From: Lama guanicoe
Lineage: Eukaryota
NCBI GenBank assembly: GCA_013239625.1
Contig: MU054187.1
Span: 19,026,711 to 19,090,710 of the forward strand
Reading direction: 5' to 3'
DNA: 64,000 bases
This document shows, piece after piece, positions 37,900-51,672 of this stretch. Within the stretch, counting starts at the first letter, position 1, and every line of letters starts with the position of its first letter. Under the pieces are notes generated by a model. That model saw only the letters and a program-made list of their open reading frames with translations. It had not been told where the DNA came from and did not search any database. Both the position numbers and the translations under genes were made by a program.

Positions 37900-38300
37900 G
37901 ATTCCATCTTATGGACTATTTTTCAAAAATGGAGTTATCAGGGGATCGAGGGAGCCTTGTCATTAATAGAGAACCAGCCTAAAGAGAGAAAACGAGGTAG
38001 AAATGAATGGACACTTCTCTGGATGGAGAGCGTTAACCACTGCGTTCCTGTAAAGCTGCTCCTTAGACCATTTTATACATGATCTGGACGAGGGCACAGA
38101 AAAAAATTTGGATTTGCTGATGATCCTGACTTCCAGTTGATGAGGAGGGATTTCGGAAGGTATTTTAAGCGTATGTTAAATAGACAAAAACATCCGTACA
38201 ACGGATGTGAGACAGTGCAACGTAGGAAATGCATCTAGAGAAATAACATATCACAAACTTCCAGGCACAGGAGATCTAAGTGATCAGTTACAACCCAGAA
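37900..38300 (+). mobile_element. Ancient CR1/L3-type LINE reverse-transcriptase remnant
   Basis: 38072-38124 translates FIHDLDEGTE, then after a frameshift FADD, like the CR1 RT motif FINDLDEG...KFADD. MNGHFSGW lies upstream. Confidence 0.6.
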
Positions 38301-38837
38301 GAGTTTACTGGGATTAAATGAGAGACTCCACTAATGGGAAAACTATCTCGGGGTCAGCCAGTCGAACCTGTCATCTGAAGCCACCACCGCCGCCTTCCAC
38401 AGCATCCTGACCACGTGAACGCTGACTCTCTGCTCCCACTGAGAGGAACCCCTCACCCCAGAGGGAGGCCCTTTTTCGTTCAGACACTTCAATGTTTAGA
38501 AAGTTCACCCTTGTGTTGAGGCAACATCAGCTTTTTCCTTAGTCAGTTCAGTGTTCCTCTAGACAGAACACAATTCTGATTCCTCTTCCACATAAATGTC
38601 ACACAGATTTGAAGGGCCAGAATGTGCTCTAGGTCTTTTTCTTTTTTAAACAGGTTAAACATCCCATGTGTCTTCAGTGTTTTGCTCGGAGCAAGTCTAA
38701 ATGTCCTAATTATCCAAGCTGTTTTTCCATTGGTGCGATAGCTTTAATTTGCTTCTGTATGCCCAGGACTGAATGCAGTATTTCAGGCATCAGGGGACCA
38801 GTGCTCTATGAAGGGGACCTTGTTCTGGAGGACCCCC

Positions 38838-40200
38838 TTTTTATAATAGATTTATTAAGATATAATTTATCACAAAATTCATGCTTTAAAAAAAGTGCAC
38901 AATTCAGTGTGGGGTTTTTGGGTGGTTTTTAGTATGTTTACAGAGTTATGCAGCCATTATCACTTCCAGAACGTTTGCACCATCCCCAAAGAAACCCCGT
39001 ACCATTTGCAGTCACTACTTATTCCCCACCCTCTGACAACCACCAATCTATTTTCCATCTCTACAGACTCGTCTGTTCCAGACCGTTCACATAAATGGGC
39101 TCATTCAATACGTGAACTTTGGTGACTGGCTTCTTTCACTCAGCACACTAATATTTTCAAGTTTCATCCACGTTGTAGCCTGTGTCGAAACTTTATTTCT
39201 GAATTCTATTCCCTTGGATGGACATATCACATTCTATTTTTCCTCTTGTTAGCTGATGGTCTTTTATGTTGTTTCCACTTTTTTGGGGGGGGGGATGAAT
39301 ATTCACATGCAAGTCTTGGTGTGGCCATGTGTTTTCAATTCTCTTTGGTACATACTTAGGGGTGGAATTGCTGGGTCATATGGTAACTCCATGTTTAACC
39401 TTTTGAGGAACTGACAAACTGTTTTCCACAGTGGCTGCAGCATTTTACAATTCTACCAGTGGTGTATGAAGGTTCCAGTTCCTCCACGTTCTCTTCAATA
39501 CTTGTCATTATTATCTATCTTTTTTGGTAACAGCCATTCCAGTGGGTGTGAAATCACTTGGATGTGCATGGCTCTAATGACTAACAATGTTAAACATCCT
39601 TCCATGTGCTCATTTTCCATTTGTATATCTTCCTTAGAAAAATGTCTGCTTAAGTCCTTCACCCTTTTTAATTGGGTTGCCTTTTCATTATTGAGTTGTA
39701 AGAGCTTCTGTATAGATTCTGGATATGAGACCAATATTAGGTATATGATTTGCAAATATTCTCTCCCATTCTGTGGGCTGTCTTTCCACTTTCTTGATAG
39801 TGTCTTTTGCAGCACTAAAGTTTTTAACTTTGATGAAGCCCAAATTATCTAACTTTCTTTCGTCATGTCACCACAAGCCTCATTCAATGGACTCTTACTT
39901 CAGATTCTAGAAGAACATATTGCAATCCTAAAATGACTCCTTCAGCTCATTATACCTAAGAAACCATTGCCTAGCTCAAGTTCATAAACTCTACTCTTAT
40001 GTTTTCTTCTAAGAGTGTCATAGTTTTACTTCTTACATTTGGTCTTTAATCCATTTAAGCTAACTTTTTAAATATGGTTGAGGTATGGGTTTAACTTCAT
40101 CCTTTTGCATGTGGATACTTTAATTGTCTCAGCACCATTTGTTGAAAAGACAATTTTTGAATTATTTTGGCCCCCTTGTAGGAAATCAATCGACTGTAAT
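38838..40200 (-). mobile_element. Old L1M (L1MB-like) 3' fragment
   Basis: ggaattgctgggtcatatggtaactccatg, atttgcaaatattctctcccattctgtggg, cagcaccatttgttgaaaagac; ORF 39495..39815(-) is a frameshifted L1 ORF2 product. Confidence 0.9.
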
Positions 40201-43200
40201 GGGGACTCCTTTCTAGTAACGATACTGGACATTTGCTTTTCATACTGTTGACTCATACTGAGTTTATTGCCACCTAAATCCTCTGAAGTGTTTCACAGTT
40301 GTTATTGTTAAGCTAAGTTTCTCCCATCCATCCTGTGACGGAAATTGGGACCCAGATAACTGACTTCATCTTTATTGCTCTTAAATGTCACCAGTTCAGC
40401 AGAATACATTTCAATCCTAAAATGACTCCTCCAGCTTGTTACATTAGAGGGGGCCTGATAACACTGCTGCCTCTTTTCTCCGGACGCATAGCACCAGCCA
40501 TCTGGAGTGTGGGTGCGAATCCTTTCACCAGCAGCTGCAGCACTGCATGCATATTCTTCCAATCTGTGAAAACACCATTTTGAGGGAAGTTTGTAGAGTC
40601 AAAAGAAATAATATTTGACTTAGGAGGAAGTCCTACGGAAGCAAGTGCAAACGAGATGTGCCAGTGGGAGAACCTTTTCCTGAACCTCTATCACCTTTGA
40701 GTTGAGTCTATCAGCACCGAAGGAAAGCAGCCTTGTCCTCAGAGCCAAAAACAGTGCTCAACGCATCCCACAGACATGTGCTGAACAAATGAAGGAATTA
40801 AGGAAAAACTCTGCACTGTTCAAAACGCTGGCCTCCTCTGCAGGTTCTTTTCCACGAGACTTTTCCAAAGTTCATCTGAGTATCAAGATTTCTTTTTTTT
40901 TTTTTCTTTCAATTTTGTTTCTAAATTCCTTTTTTTGATCAATGAACCATTGACTGTTCCCAAGGCTCTAAGGAGGTATTAGCGACTGTCTGGGAGCTCT
41001 TGGTACCTTTAGACAATCTCATTCCATGAGATTACTGGACACTCTTAATGATGTCCCCTGCCTGGCCTCCTCTGAGTACCTCTGATCTTTTTCTTCCTGG
41101 CTTCACATATTTACAGCAGCAGTTTTCTGCAAGAAAAGAGGGCTCCAGAATTGAGTTTCTCTTAGCAACCACTGGCTTCCATTTGATTGATAAGTCACCT
41201 CTTAAGTGCAATTGTCAGTAACATACAGGTCCCTTTCTAGGTCACATACAGGGGATGGTACAAGAGCCTAACAGGGCCAGGACTGTGATATTTCAATATG
41301 TCTCTATTTTGTTCAACACAAAATCTCTCTATTGCCACTGATTTTTCTTCTCTGCCATTTTGCCTCCATGCACACAAGGAGAAGTCAGATTTCATATTCA
41401 TCAATTCAACGGATTCCATGGAAACAATAGTGATTTCTAAGATGAAAAAGAATTACGGATGTGTGCTGATCATATTTCTTGGCTGCCAAAACCAAAATTC
41501 TGACTCATCAAATTAAATTACTCATTAAAATACAGGCCAAAAAAGTATACCCTGCATTCAGGTACTGATGTCTATCAGATAGGACAGGGAATGAGATAAT
41601 ATCACAAAAGAATAATTCACACTCCCCTGCTCCCATGGGCAGAAATACAGGCTGCATTTCTAGGATTACTGCTAATTTATTAAGTCCACATGAGATGTGA
41701 ATTAAACTGCCCTTCTCCTTTGTTTTCACTGAGAGTCTCTGAGATGCATGTTTCTGTGCCCCCCAAAATAAGCATTTTATTTTTTTCTCACGAGAGGGGC
41801 ACTGGGACCCCAAGGGAGGGCTCTGCGAGCTTCAGAACAGGTTCTTGAGGGCACAGCAGTTTGGGGACAATATTCCTGGGTGACACTTCATTTACTGCAG
41901 TGATTTTGCTATTTGGGTCAGAGTGGCATACTCCTAGGCTCTCTATACTACTGTGGCTTCAGACTTCTGTTTTGGGGGATGTGGGGCTACAAGGAAGCAT
42001 GAGCCCCAAGAAATGGGGTGAGGTCAGAGGCTCCTCCACTCCCATCTTTCAGAGACTTGCTTATAAGGTTGGTCTAATTCTGCATTCCTTCTAGCTTCCT
42101 GCCCATTAGACTCCTCTGCCGCCAAGCCCAGCTCCACCCCAGACTAATGACACCTGAATCCCTAGGGCGGTCCTGGGGCAGACCTCCTAGGAGACTAAAT
42201 GAGTGGCCTAGGTTAAGAACTACTGAGTCTGATTCAGGGCTTAACAGATGAGGAACCCCTCCAGACAAGGGGTTGAAGACTTCTACCAACTCCTTTCAGA
42301 GGGACTCTCTCGGTGTCATTTAGTTTCTTTCCTCTTTTATGAGAAACACCAGGAATAGGAGCATTACACGAAGTTACATGATGTACTGGAATTACGGGAG
42401 TTTGACTCCAAAGGCTTTGTCGGTGCTTATAGGTCACAAAACTTTAGGATTCGCTTCAACACTTAACAGGATCCATATCCTTCTGTCCAGCATGCTTTCT
42501 AAAATAGTTCTTTCCCTTGATAGGGTCAAAGGAAATCTGATCACTTGAAAAATAAAATCAATGACTCACAGAAGACATCTTACTTCATCTGAGACTCTCC
42601 ATCCTTGGATCACCCAAAGACATCTTCCTTTAGCCTTCCAGCTACAGGCGCTGAAGTAGTCAAGAAGACACCTACCATCCTCAAACACTGATCCTGATTG
42701 CTCACAGGAAACTTACGATGTCAGGATCTGATCCACAGAACAAGTTTTTGGACAGATGTCTAACTGCATGTCCAGAAAACTTCGACGAATCCATTTTGAG
42801 TCATTTAGTCTGTTTTTCTTCATAACTTAGCAATTTCAAGCAAAATAGTTACATCGTTGGCACTGGTGTCTGTTCAGTATCCTTAAGATTGCACGTCTGC
42901 TCCTAAACCCTGACAACGAGGGCTCAAGAGTCTATTCAAACTGGGATTACAATATCCGTCAGTTTTATCTACTGAGGGAGCTTTATATTAAATTCTACAC
43001 ACTAGGCATGTGCTGTCAGGAACAATACCTAAGTGCCAGATCAGCAAGACTTGTTACTGGCTGTTATTCATTGTCAGCTTCTTCTGCTGGTTTGGCTTAT
43101 CTGCCTCAGGGAAAACTAAGAAAGGCCAATTAAAACACTGCTTAAACTTTATCACACTTCCATTTTTAAGTTGCAAAGACATTCCATACTCTAAATAACT

Positions 43201-44111
43201 CCAGGACTTAAAACCTCTCTGAATACTTTTAGTTAACGTAAAAGCCTCCTTGACAGGGAAAGGTTTAACTAAAAAAAAAAAAAAAGGTGAAGTGTTTTAA
43301 GTCCAACTATAGTCCATTGATCGCTCTATAACTTTTGCATTAACAGCAGAGCTGTTACTTATCAGTGTAAGAAGACAGTCAGATACCCTGTTGCTCTGTC
43401 ACAACACCATCCAAGCACACAGCACCACTTATCCACTTAATTATTTTCTGGATAAACATTCATTGGTTCCTACTATGTGCAACTTTGCGACAGGCACTGA
43501 GGACACAAGATAAAATCGGAGAGCTGAACTCATGAAATTTACACGTTAGCTGGAGGATGAAGAAAAACAGAGACTTTGTAGCCTGCGAAACTGGCTTAAA
43601 GTTTCTGTTTGGCTACTTCCTCTGTGACTCAGTTTTCTCAACTATAAATGAAAACAGTAATTCCTGCTTCTCAGGGCATTGTGAGATTTGAGAAATAGTA
43701 ACACAAAAGTTTCTGTCTCCTCCCTCGTTCTCTTTGCCACCCTGAACTCTAGGTTATTTTGACGCTGTCTCTGCAAATTCTTCTGTCTGTTCCCTTCTTT
43801 TTATATCCCCCTTCCCAGTCACTGTCCTCTTATTGGGATGATCACCAGTTGGCTAGCTCATCTGCTTAGTTTTTTTTACTCACCCTTCTGGTCACCATCT
43901 TTAATCAATTTTTCAAACTGCCTCATCTGTGATCAGGCTGAAGTTGACCTCTGATGGTGATATTTCTCTTCTCCAAATAAAAATTCTTAATAAGTCCGTA
44001 TCATCTGCTGAATGAAGGTCAGACTCCTTGGCATGGTATTCAGGGCCATTCATGAGTTGATTCCAATCTAGAATTGTCTCCTTCTTTCTCATATATTTAC
44101 AGGGTTGAACT

Positions 44112-44625
44112 TGTAATAGGGAAGAACGAATCTGACTCCGTATTTGATCTGTTCCTTTAGCTCTAGCCCTGGGTTCTGTCTCCTGGGCTCAGTCCTGCTG
44201 CTTCTGCACCTGTTGTAAAAGAATGTTGCCTGCAGCCTGAAATATACAGGAGAGCCCATTCTCAAGGCTCTGATCTTAAAGGGTACAATACTTCCCCATT
44301 CACATAGAGATAAAAAGTTGCAGAACAGGGAATAACATTTGCCTTGTTGGAGGTTTATAAGGACACCATGACCTGACCTTCTTGGACAGCTGCAAGAACA
44401 AAGGATTCTGACACCAAGACGTTTGCAACAACCAACCACACCTCCTCCGCTTTTTAGTATAGAAGGAGCTTGAATTCTGGTTTGGGGAAGATAGTTCTCC
44501 AGGACATTGGTCCCCCATCTTCTCAGTCTGCTGGCTTTCTGTATAAAAGTCGTTATTCCTTGCCCCAACACCTCATCTCCGAATTATGTCATGCGGTGAG
44601 CAGAATGAGTTTGGAGTTGGTAACA
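44112..44625 (+). mobile_element. ERV1-class solo LTR, 514 bp
   Basis: tgtaatagg...ggtaaca termini with 4-bp TSD aact (44108-44111 / 44626-44629). Confidence 0.85.
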
Positions 44626-45059
44626 AACTAGTAGGTAAACGTTCAAGTACGCATGCGTGCATTTTTCTAGGATAAGCTTCAGACCATTCAACAGATTCTC
44701 AATTAGCTTGGGGTTTGGGGTGTTTAAGAACTGCTGGACTATGCCTGCGTGGTCTTTTGTCTTCACCTTCCAGTGATCCCTTGCCCGAGCCAGCCCCACA
44801 GACTTCTTCATTTGCTTATTAAGGTTGGTGTTGTCTATGAAGGTATCTATGGAGCTCTCTCTGCCTGAAGTGCAGAGACTCCCAGCGTGGCTCATCTAAA
44901 CCCCACCCACTCTTTAAGGTTATCTCAAATTCCATGTCCTCCGGAAAGTGACAATCACGTCCCCAGTTAGAATTAATTACGCTCCATATTATGCCCCCCC
45001 AACCCTTTGGACTTTAATTATATTATTGTGGTAGTTTGCATCATTCTTCCCAGCAGCTC

Positions 45060-45460
45060 ACTTTCCCCTGTACCCATGCCCTTTGGGACTTGGCACTGTT
45101 TTCCTTCCTCTAGAGGCAGAGCATCTTCCTCACCCCATGGTGTTTGGGGGTGTCAGTTCGGAACGGAGGCTTCAAGGCGCGTGGCGGGTTTCTGTTCTCC
45201 CCTCACACTTCTGCCATCACTGTGAGAAGAACACACTCTGGCCAGCTTACTTGCACAGGGAGGTTGAGAGTCACGTGGAGCAAACCTGAGCCCAACCTCC
45301 AGTCTGACCGACGCCCAGCCCTGCCAAGTCCAGTCTAGATCCCCTGACCCCGGGGCAACCTGCATGGGAATGAGTAAGCAGATGTGACTGGTTGCTTTAA
45401 GCCACTGGCGTTGGGGTGGTTTGCTCCTTGGTACTGTTAAGCCAACAGCTGGCTGGTACA
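45060..45460 (+). mobile_element. MLT1-like LTR remnant
   Basis: 3' end ttgctttaagccactggcgttggggtggtttg...agccaacagctggctggtaca. Confidence 0.55.
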
Positions 45461-48400
45461 GTTTTTGTACTTTGGCTTCTCACGTACACAGGTCCGTTCC
45501 GTCCAATAGGCAGGAGCAATACTCTTCATCTTTGTGTTCTTTAGAGACTTAAATCCACTTCTTGCCCAGAGTGGGCATACTATATACATTGCTGTTGGTT
45601 TCAGTTGGATAACAAGCACTTTATTAAGGTTTAAAGTCAACAGAGGGAGCTTCTGGTGAGTGATGTCTTGCTTATCATCAAAGACCACCGAGTGTGCGCC
45701 GTGTGTGTGGCGGTACCAAAACAGTCTGACAAGCCTCCATGGAATACTTCCAGGACAGATCAGAGTAACAATAACCACTGATTAGTACACAAATAACTGT
45801 TAGTTGCTAGGCCAGTAATGGCAGGGTTACTCTTTTCAAAACGTGACATAGGTCAATTATCACAAAGCTTTTAGGAGCTAGGACAAAGGAGCCCCTATGT
45901 GTCTTGTAAATAGCAGATTTGGGGTCTTTGACATGCACTCAAAGGGGTTTCTAGCTTCCACAAATCTTCTTTGGGGGCATTTTCTTGCTTCTCCCCAAGG
46001 GTTTTGGCTTGTTCATGGCTGTTTAACTCAAAAGAGGTTTGTTTATCACTCTGCTTTTAGGAAACCTGCTAGGAGCTGAGGGCTGGGAGAAAGCAGGTCA
46101 CGGTTGCAGCTGAGAGAAGTAGGTTACTGAGCACATGAGAAATGAGCCGACTCCAGATTGAGAACTGGGTCTGTCTTCCAGCCCAGACTGGCTTCCACAT
46201 AACTGACCGACGCAGGAAATCTCTTAGCGTGCTTGACGTGGAAGACACTAACACTGATGGCATGCAGTCATCTGTTTAGTATTCTAAACACGCTGCTATC
46301 TCATTTCATCCTCACAGTAATACCACGGGAAAAGGGAAGAGCTTTAGAGATGTTAATTTGTCCAGGTCCCACGGATATTAAATGCTAAAGCTCGGCTTTG
46401 ACTTCAAGTCTGTCCGTCTGCCTCTAAAAACCCATGCTTTTCCCAGGACACCACTGCCTCCCACTGGGATCCCTGCTGCCTCCTTCCATGACCAGATGTG
46501 ACTCCTTGGATATCAGCCTCAGCCCGGTTACATCTGAGGTTGACAAGGCCCCTACAAGGAGATTTATATTTCTGTGCCCCACCTCCTCACCAAGGAAGTC
46601 AGCCCCCCAAGGCTTTCTGCTTTCTTTCCTTTTTCCTACCTGTTCTCAGAGTTTCACAGCCAACGCCATGCAGGTTATGAGAGAACTTCTGAACTTTCTT
46701 TTTATAAGTGTTTGTGCACAGGAAGTGCTAAAGCATCAGGTGAATTTTCAAGACTAGCTGCGGCCATAGGAACGTCCTAGATACACTCCTTTCTGTATTA
46801 GTCCAGAATGCTGCATTTCAGCAACTCAGCATGGAGGAGGCTGAGGGTCCGGGTCAGGAAAGGAGTCATTCTTCTGCTGCCCGTGGTCTTTTTCTTCCTT
46901 AAATGTGTGTAGCAGCAGCAGTAAGAGCTGCTAAGGCCGTGAGGGAGGAGGGGAACCAGCAGAATGCTCTTCCCATTCCCCCGATGGTGAAGCAGGAAAC
47001 AGAGGGACAGCTTCCATTGGCTCCACTTTCTCAACCGGAAGGGAAAACAGAAAGGCTGGGACCAAAGCCCTATTGATCAGCCCCTGCCCTTGGGTTAGTC
47101 TCATCAATACCAGTCATCCAGCCAGTCAGCAAGGGAGTTAGTGAGGTCGGCGGTCAGCTAACCAGGTGGTCAGATGCTCCTGGGCCAGGCAGAGGTCAGG
47201 CGTCCACAACGCAAAGGCTGATATTCAATGCCTCATCTTCTAGGCCGGGCCTGGGCATCTTTACAGAGTACGACCCTCACTCCTCTTGTATCACTTATCA
47301 CACTGTATTCGATCGTGGCTTAACTGCTCACACCTTCTTCTTGACTCTAAGCTCTGTGAAGGGCAAAGCACTTCCTTTTTTTTTGATCCTTGCGCTACAT
47401 CCAGAGCCTAACACAGTCTGGCCTGTAGGTGATGCGTGAACAGAGATTTGCAAATGAAGTGTTAAATGCTGAGAGGATGAAATTTTCTTTGGAATGATGT
47501 AACGCTAAGGAAAGAGAAAGAGGAGGAAGCTTGAGGTTCCTTAATATAAAAAGGAAGGAAATATGCAGATGCTACAGCTGAATAGCTCAGGTTACATGAG
47601 AGCAGGGAACTGGGGAAGGTATGGAAGGCTGAGCAGGAGAGGACAGAAGTGGCCACAGAGGCTCTGTATTAGAAGTTGCACAGGGGTTGTCTGTTTAATT
47701 AAAATATATTGGTATTTATATAGCTAACAATACTCTGTGATGTGCTTAAAGGTATTCTAAGAATTCTTTTCCCAAAGGCACACAAAAATGAGAGAAATAG
47801 ACACCATTTTGGGTAAAAATTAGAGCATGATCCGAGTTGCTTAAGACTTTTTAATATCCATTTTCCCCATGTGTACAATGATTTATTATGTTTTTGTAAC
47901 TAAACTGATTAAGCAGCTTTTGGATACTAAGAGATGCCCTGTATCATTCCTGACTTGTAGTTTCTAAAACTATGGTTATTATTTAACATTGATGGTCTAG
48001 TGGAAAACCTCTTAACATGCTTGCTTGGTTGGTTAACCCAAAAAGCTTATTAAAGAGGAAAAAATCATAAAAATGCTGTACATGGACCTTATATTTTTAC
48101 TTTTAATTCAAAATCAAGATCTTTGAGTAGAGGCTGACTAATTAAGAACATAGACCCTGGAGCAAGACTGCCTGGCTGTGTTGCTCTTAGCTGTGTGATC
48201 TCCAGCAAGTTACTTTCTCTCCACCTCAGTTTCCTCATTTGTAAAATGGGAATGAAAAGCTATCTACCTCACGGGGCCATTGTGAGGATTAATTAACAAA
48301 TACAAACAAATTAATTAGGACAAGTCCTGGCTCACAGTAACCTCTTAATAAGTATTAATTATTGTTGCACAAATTATGGATTGTATAAAATATTTAGTTG

Positions 48401-50179
48401 TGATTAAAAGTGAAACAAAAATGTAGACATTTGTCAAGAAAGAGAAGTGCATCGTTTAAAGATTTTTCCAGTCTTTTATAATGTTTTGTAGCACCTAGTG
48501 TGTCATTAATTTTTAAAGCATCTTGCCTTTTTCAAAGCAATCAACTTAGTTTTTATAGAAATTATTTGTCCTTACACTTTGTAACTTGTATGTACATTTT
48601 CTACAACTGATCTGAGAATATATTTGCTAAAGGGGTAAGTGGGTTCTCTTTGTTTGTACCCCAAAGAGGCTTCCCCCACTTTATGAAAAATGACCACTTT
48701 TTCATGCATCTTTCTATAAATTGCTCCAGCGTGGCAGAACCTCCAGGGTGGCAACTCAAGCCAATCGGAAAAATTAGCATTGGTGTCGTAAAAAGTGAAT
48801 GACTCTGAGTACTGGATTAAAAAAAAAATCTTTTGCAATTCAAGTGATTTCCAATTCTTTGGTTTCAAGAAAACTGAAGGAGAACCTAAGATGTCAACTT
48901 TGAAATGTGTATAGTTTTCAAAATTCTCTGAAGTTTGCTCAGCATTTGTGAGCAAAGAGCTTTGAAGACCCTCATCTAGAGAATAGCCTATCAGCTTTGA
49001 GTTTTAAGCATTGCAATGAAAAACACTGGTTAATCCAGGGAGCGAGTTAACAGACATTCTACTGTTTTAAAGTTTCAAAAGATCTTTCTCACCATTGCTT
49101 AGTTATTAATGAGGGAAGTGCTATTTGGTGGTGACTCACACCCTGATTCTTAACCGGCTTTTATGCTTCCAAAGCCATTCCAAACCTTTAGGTGGAACTG
49201 CATATAAAAATAGGACTGCTTTGAAGATTCTTAGAAGGGATTACCTTTGAATAATATTTTATTATTACCAATAATTATCTTGTGATTTTGGAATTTTCAG
49301 TTATTTCTCTTCGATGCTACTCAAAGCACTTTGTGGACTGTATTCAGTTGGTGTTTAACAAAGCCTGATGAAATATGTAAGAGGTAGTCAGAAGGGGCTT
49401 AAGTGATACTTCTTTAGGAAGTCAAAGATGGTGTCAACAAAACATCAACTAAAACCAATGACTCTTCCTATTTATACAAACATACTGGATACAGAATAGC
49501 AAGGTCGTATTAATGACCCGCTATCCCCTTTCCAAGCTGATGCTAGGTTTGGGCTCATTCAGCCACATGCAAATACACATGCATGTGTGTATGTACATGA
49601 CAAATAGGCACCTGCAACATGGCATTCCTTAGGCTGCCTTCTAATGTAATTTTATACACTGTCTCTGGCTGGCTTCATCCAACTTCATCATCATCATGGC
49701 TTTAACTCTCAATGGTCACAATGATTCCCCTAAATATCTCCGGTCCAGGACGTCTAAAACTACATTCCTGTGCACTGTAATGGAGCCGTTGTCCAGACAG
49801 CTGCAGAAGCTAGAAACCTGGGAGCTGTCCAGCCCTCTCCCCACTTCTTGACCCCTATACCCAATTGATTCAAAATTTTATTGATTTTACTCCAGAAATA
49901 ACACTAAGATCGTTCTCTCATTTTGATATTTTACCACCACTGCTCAATACTGGCCCTTGTTTCTTCTCCTGAATCCATCTCCCAAAACAACAGCCACTTA
50001 ACTGGTCTCCCTGCCCTGGTCTCCAATCCACTAACTCCATCCTTCACACCATTCAAGCAACCTCTTCAGACATTAAAGGAAATTGTGCCATTCCAGGTCT
50101 GAGAAATTTCTAATGTCTCTACAATGTTTATAATTTGAATTCACATTTCTTTCTTTACTTTTTTCTTTTTCTTTTTGGC

Positions 50180-50490
50180 TTAAAACTCAAATTTATTACC
50201 TAAACAGTCCTGGAGGTCAGAAATTCTAAAGCCAAGGTATCAATAGGGTAGTATTGAGGCTCTAGGGGAGAGTCTGTTTCCTTGCCTTTTCAAGCCTCTA
50301 GAGGCTACTTGCAGTCTTTGGCTTGTAGCCCCTTCCTTGCATCACTCCATCTTTCTATCACTGTGACCCTCCTGCCTCCCTCTTACAAGGACCTTGTAAT
50401 TACATTGGGTACACTGGATAGTCCATGTCTCAAAATCCTTACCTTAATTACATGCCAAAGTCCCTTCTGCTATGAAAAATAACATTGAAT
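50180..50490 (-). mobile_element. MLT1-like LTR fragment
   Basis: ggcttaaaac...ctggaggtcagaaattctaaagccaaggt...ccctcttacaaggacccttgtaattacattggg-type motifs. Confidence 0.65.
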
Positions 50491-51494
50491 TCACATTTCT
50501 AAGGGTGGTTTATAAAGCCCTTTATAATCTGCCCTTTGTGTACTTTTAGAGTGAAACTTCCCAACCCTTTGGTCATTCCACCCCTCTTTTCCCTGAGTAC
50601 ACCATACTTGCTTTCATCCACTCATTCAACTATCTGTCGCGTGCTTTCTCTGTGGCGGTCACTAGTTAATGCCTGGAGCCACATCAGTGCAGACGTGACC
50701 CTGTCCCTGTCCTTACAGAGGCTACATTCTGGGCTTTTCCATAGCCCAGTCCTTCACACTGGTCCAGTTTTCTCCCGGAGAGCTCATTCCCCACCCTTCT
50801 CTCCTGTCTAGCAAACTCCTGCTTTACTTTAGGACTCAGCCTATTCATGAGAAATCCTGGAAGGCTGCCTGGACCTCTCCCTCACGTCTACCAGCTAGAT
50901 ATTCCTTTCTCAGGAAATAAACTCCAGGAGGGCCTGGGCGTGCCTTGTGCATGGCTGCACGCTCAGTGCCTAGAACAGGGCCTGGCATATAGTGGGCTTT
51001 TAATAAATACTTATCAAATACATCATACCTACCAAATACCTACCTAGTTACGTGTTTCTACCTTGAGACCACGAGCTGTGAGTTCCTAAGGGTCAGATGC
51101 TTATCTAATTCGCCTCTTTACCTCCGCTGCTTATCACAATGCCTGCTCCACTGTCAGCAATCAGAAGTGGTGAATACAGCCACAGAGACTTACATGAAGA
51201 AAACACAACCAAACAAAAAATCCAAAAGCATTGGGAAAAATGCTGTGAGGGGTTAATATTATCCAACCCCTGGAGTGGGAAGGGGATGTGGAATACGCAT
51301 GAGAATTCTAGAACTCTAGGAATAAGACACAGTGTTTGTGTTATGAGTAAGGAGACATATATACATATGATTAGTTAAAAATACTGGCATGCTTCTGTAT
51401 GTAATTAGAGGTTCGAGCAAAATGCAGTGGCAGCAGGGTGTAAGGAAGCCACTCTGGAAGGCTTCCTGGAAGAAAACCCAGGCCTTGAAAAATT

Positions 51495-51672
51495 TACCAG
51501 ATAAGGCCCAGGGCACTCAGTTAAATCTGATAATTTCAGATAAACAGTGAACACACTTTTAGTATTATGTCCTATGCAATATTGGGGATATACGAAAAAT
51601 GTACTCCTTGTTTACCTGAGATTCATATGTAACTGGGCCTCCCGTATTTTTATTCATTAAATTCAGCAACGC
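51495..51672. mobile_element. MER53-like palindromic hAT element
   Basis: cagttaaatctgataatttcagataaaca ... tgtttacctgagattcatatgtaactggg form inverted arms. Confidence 0.65.

Noticed and set aside
48572..48955. 127-aa ORF in AT-rich DNA as a possible processed pseudogene
   Set aside because: No recognisable homology, poly-A or TSD; a BLASTX search would be needed to exclude it fully.
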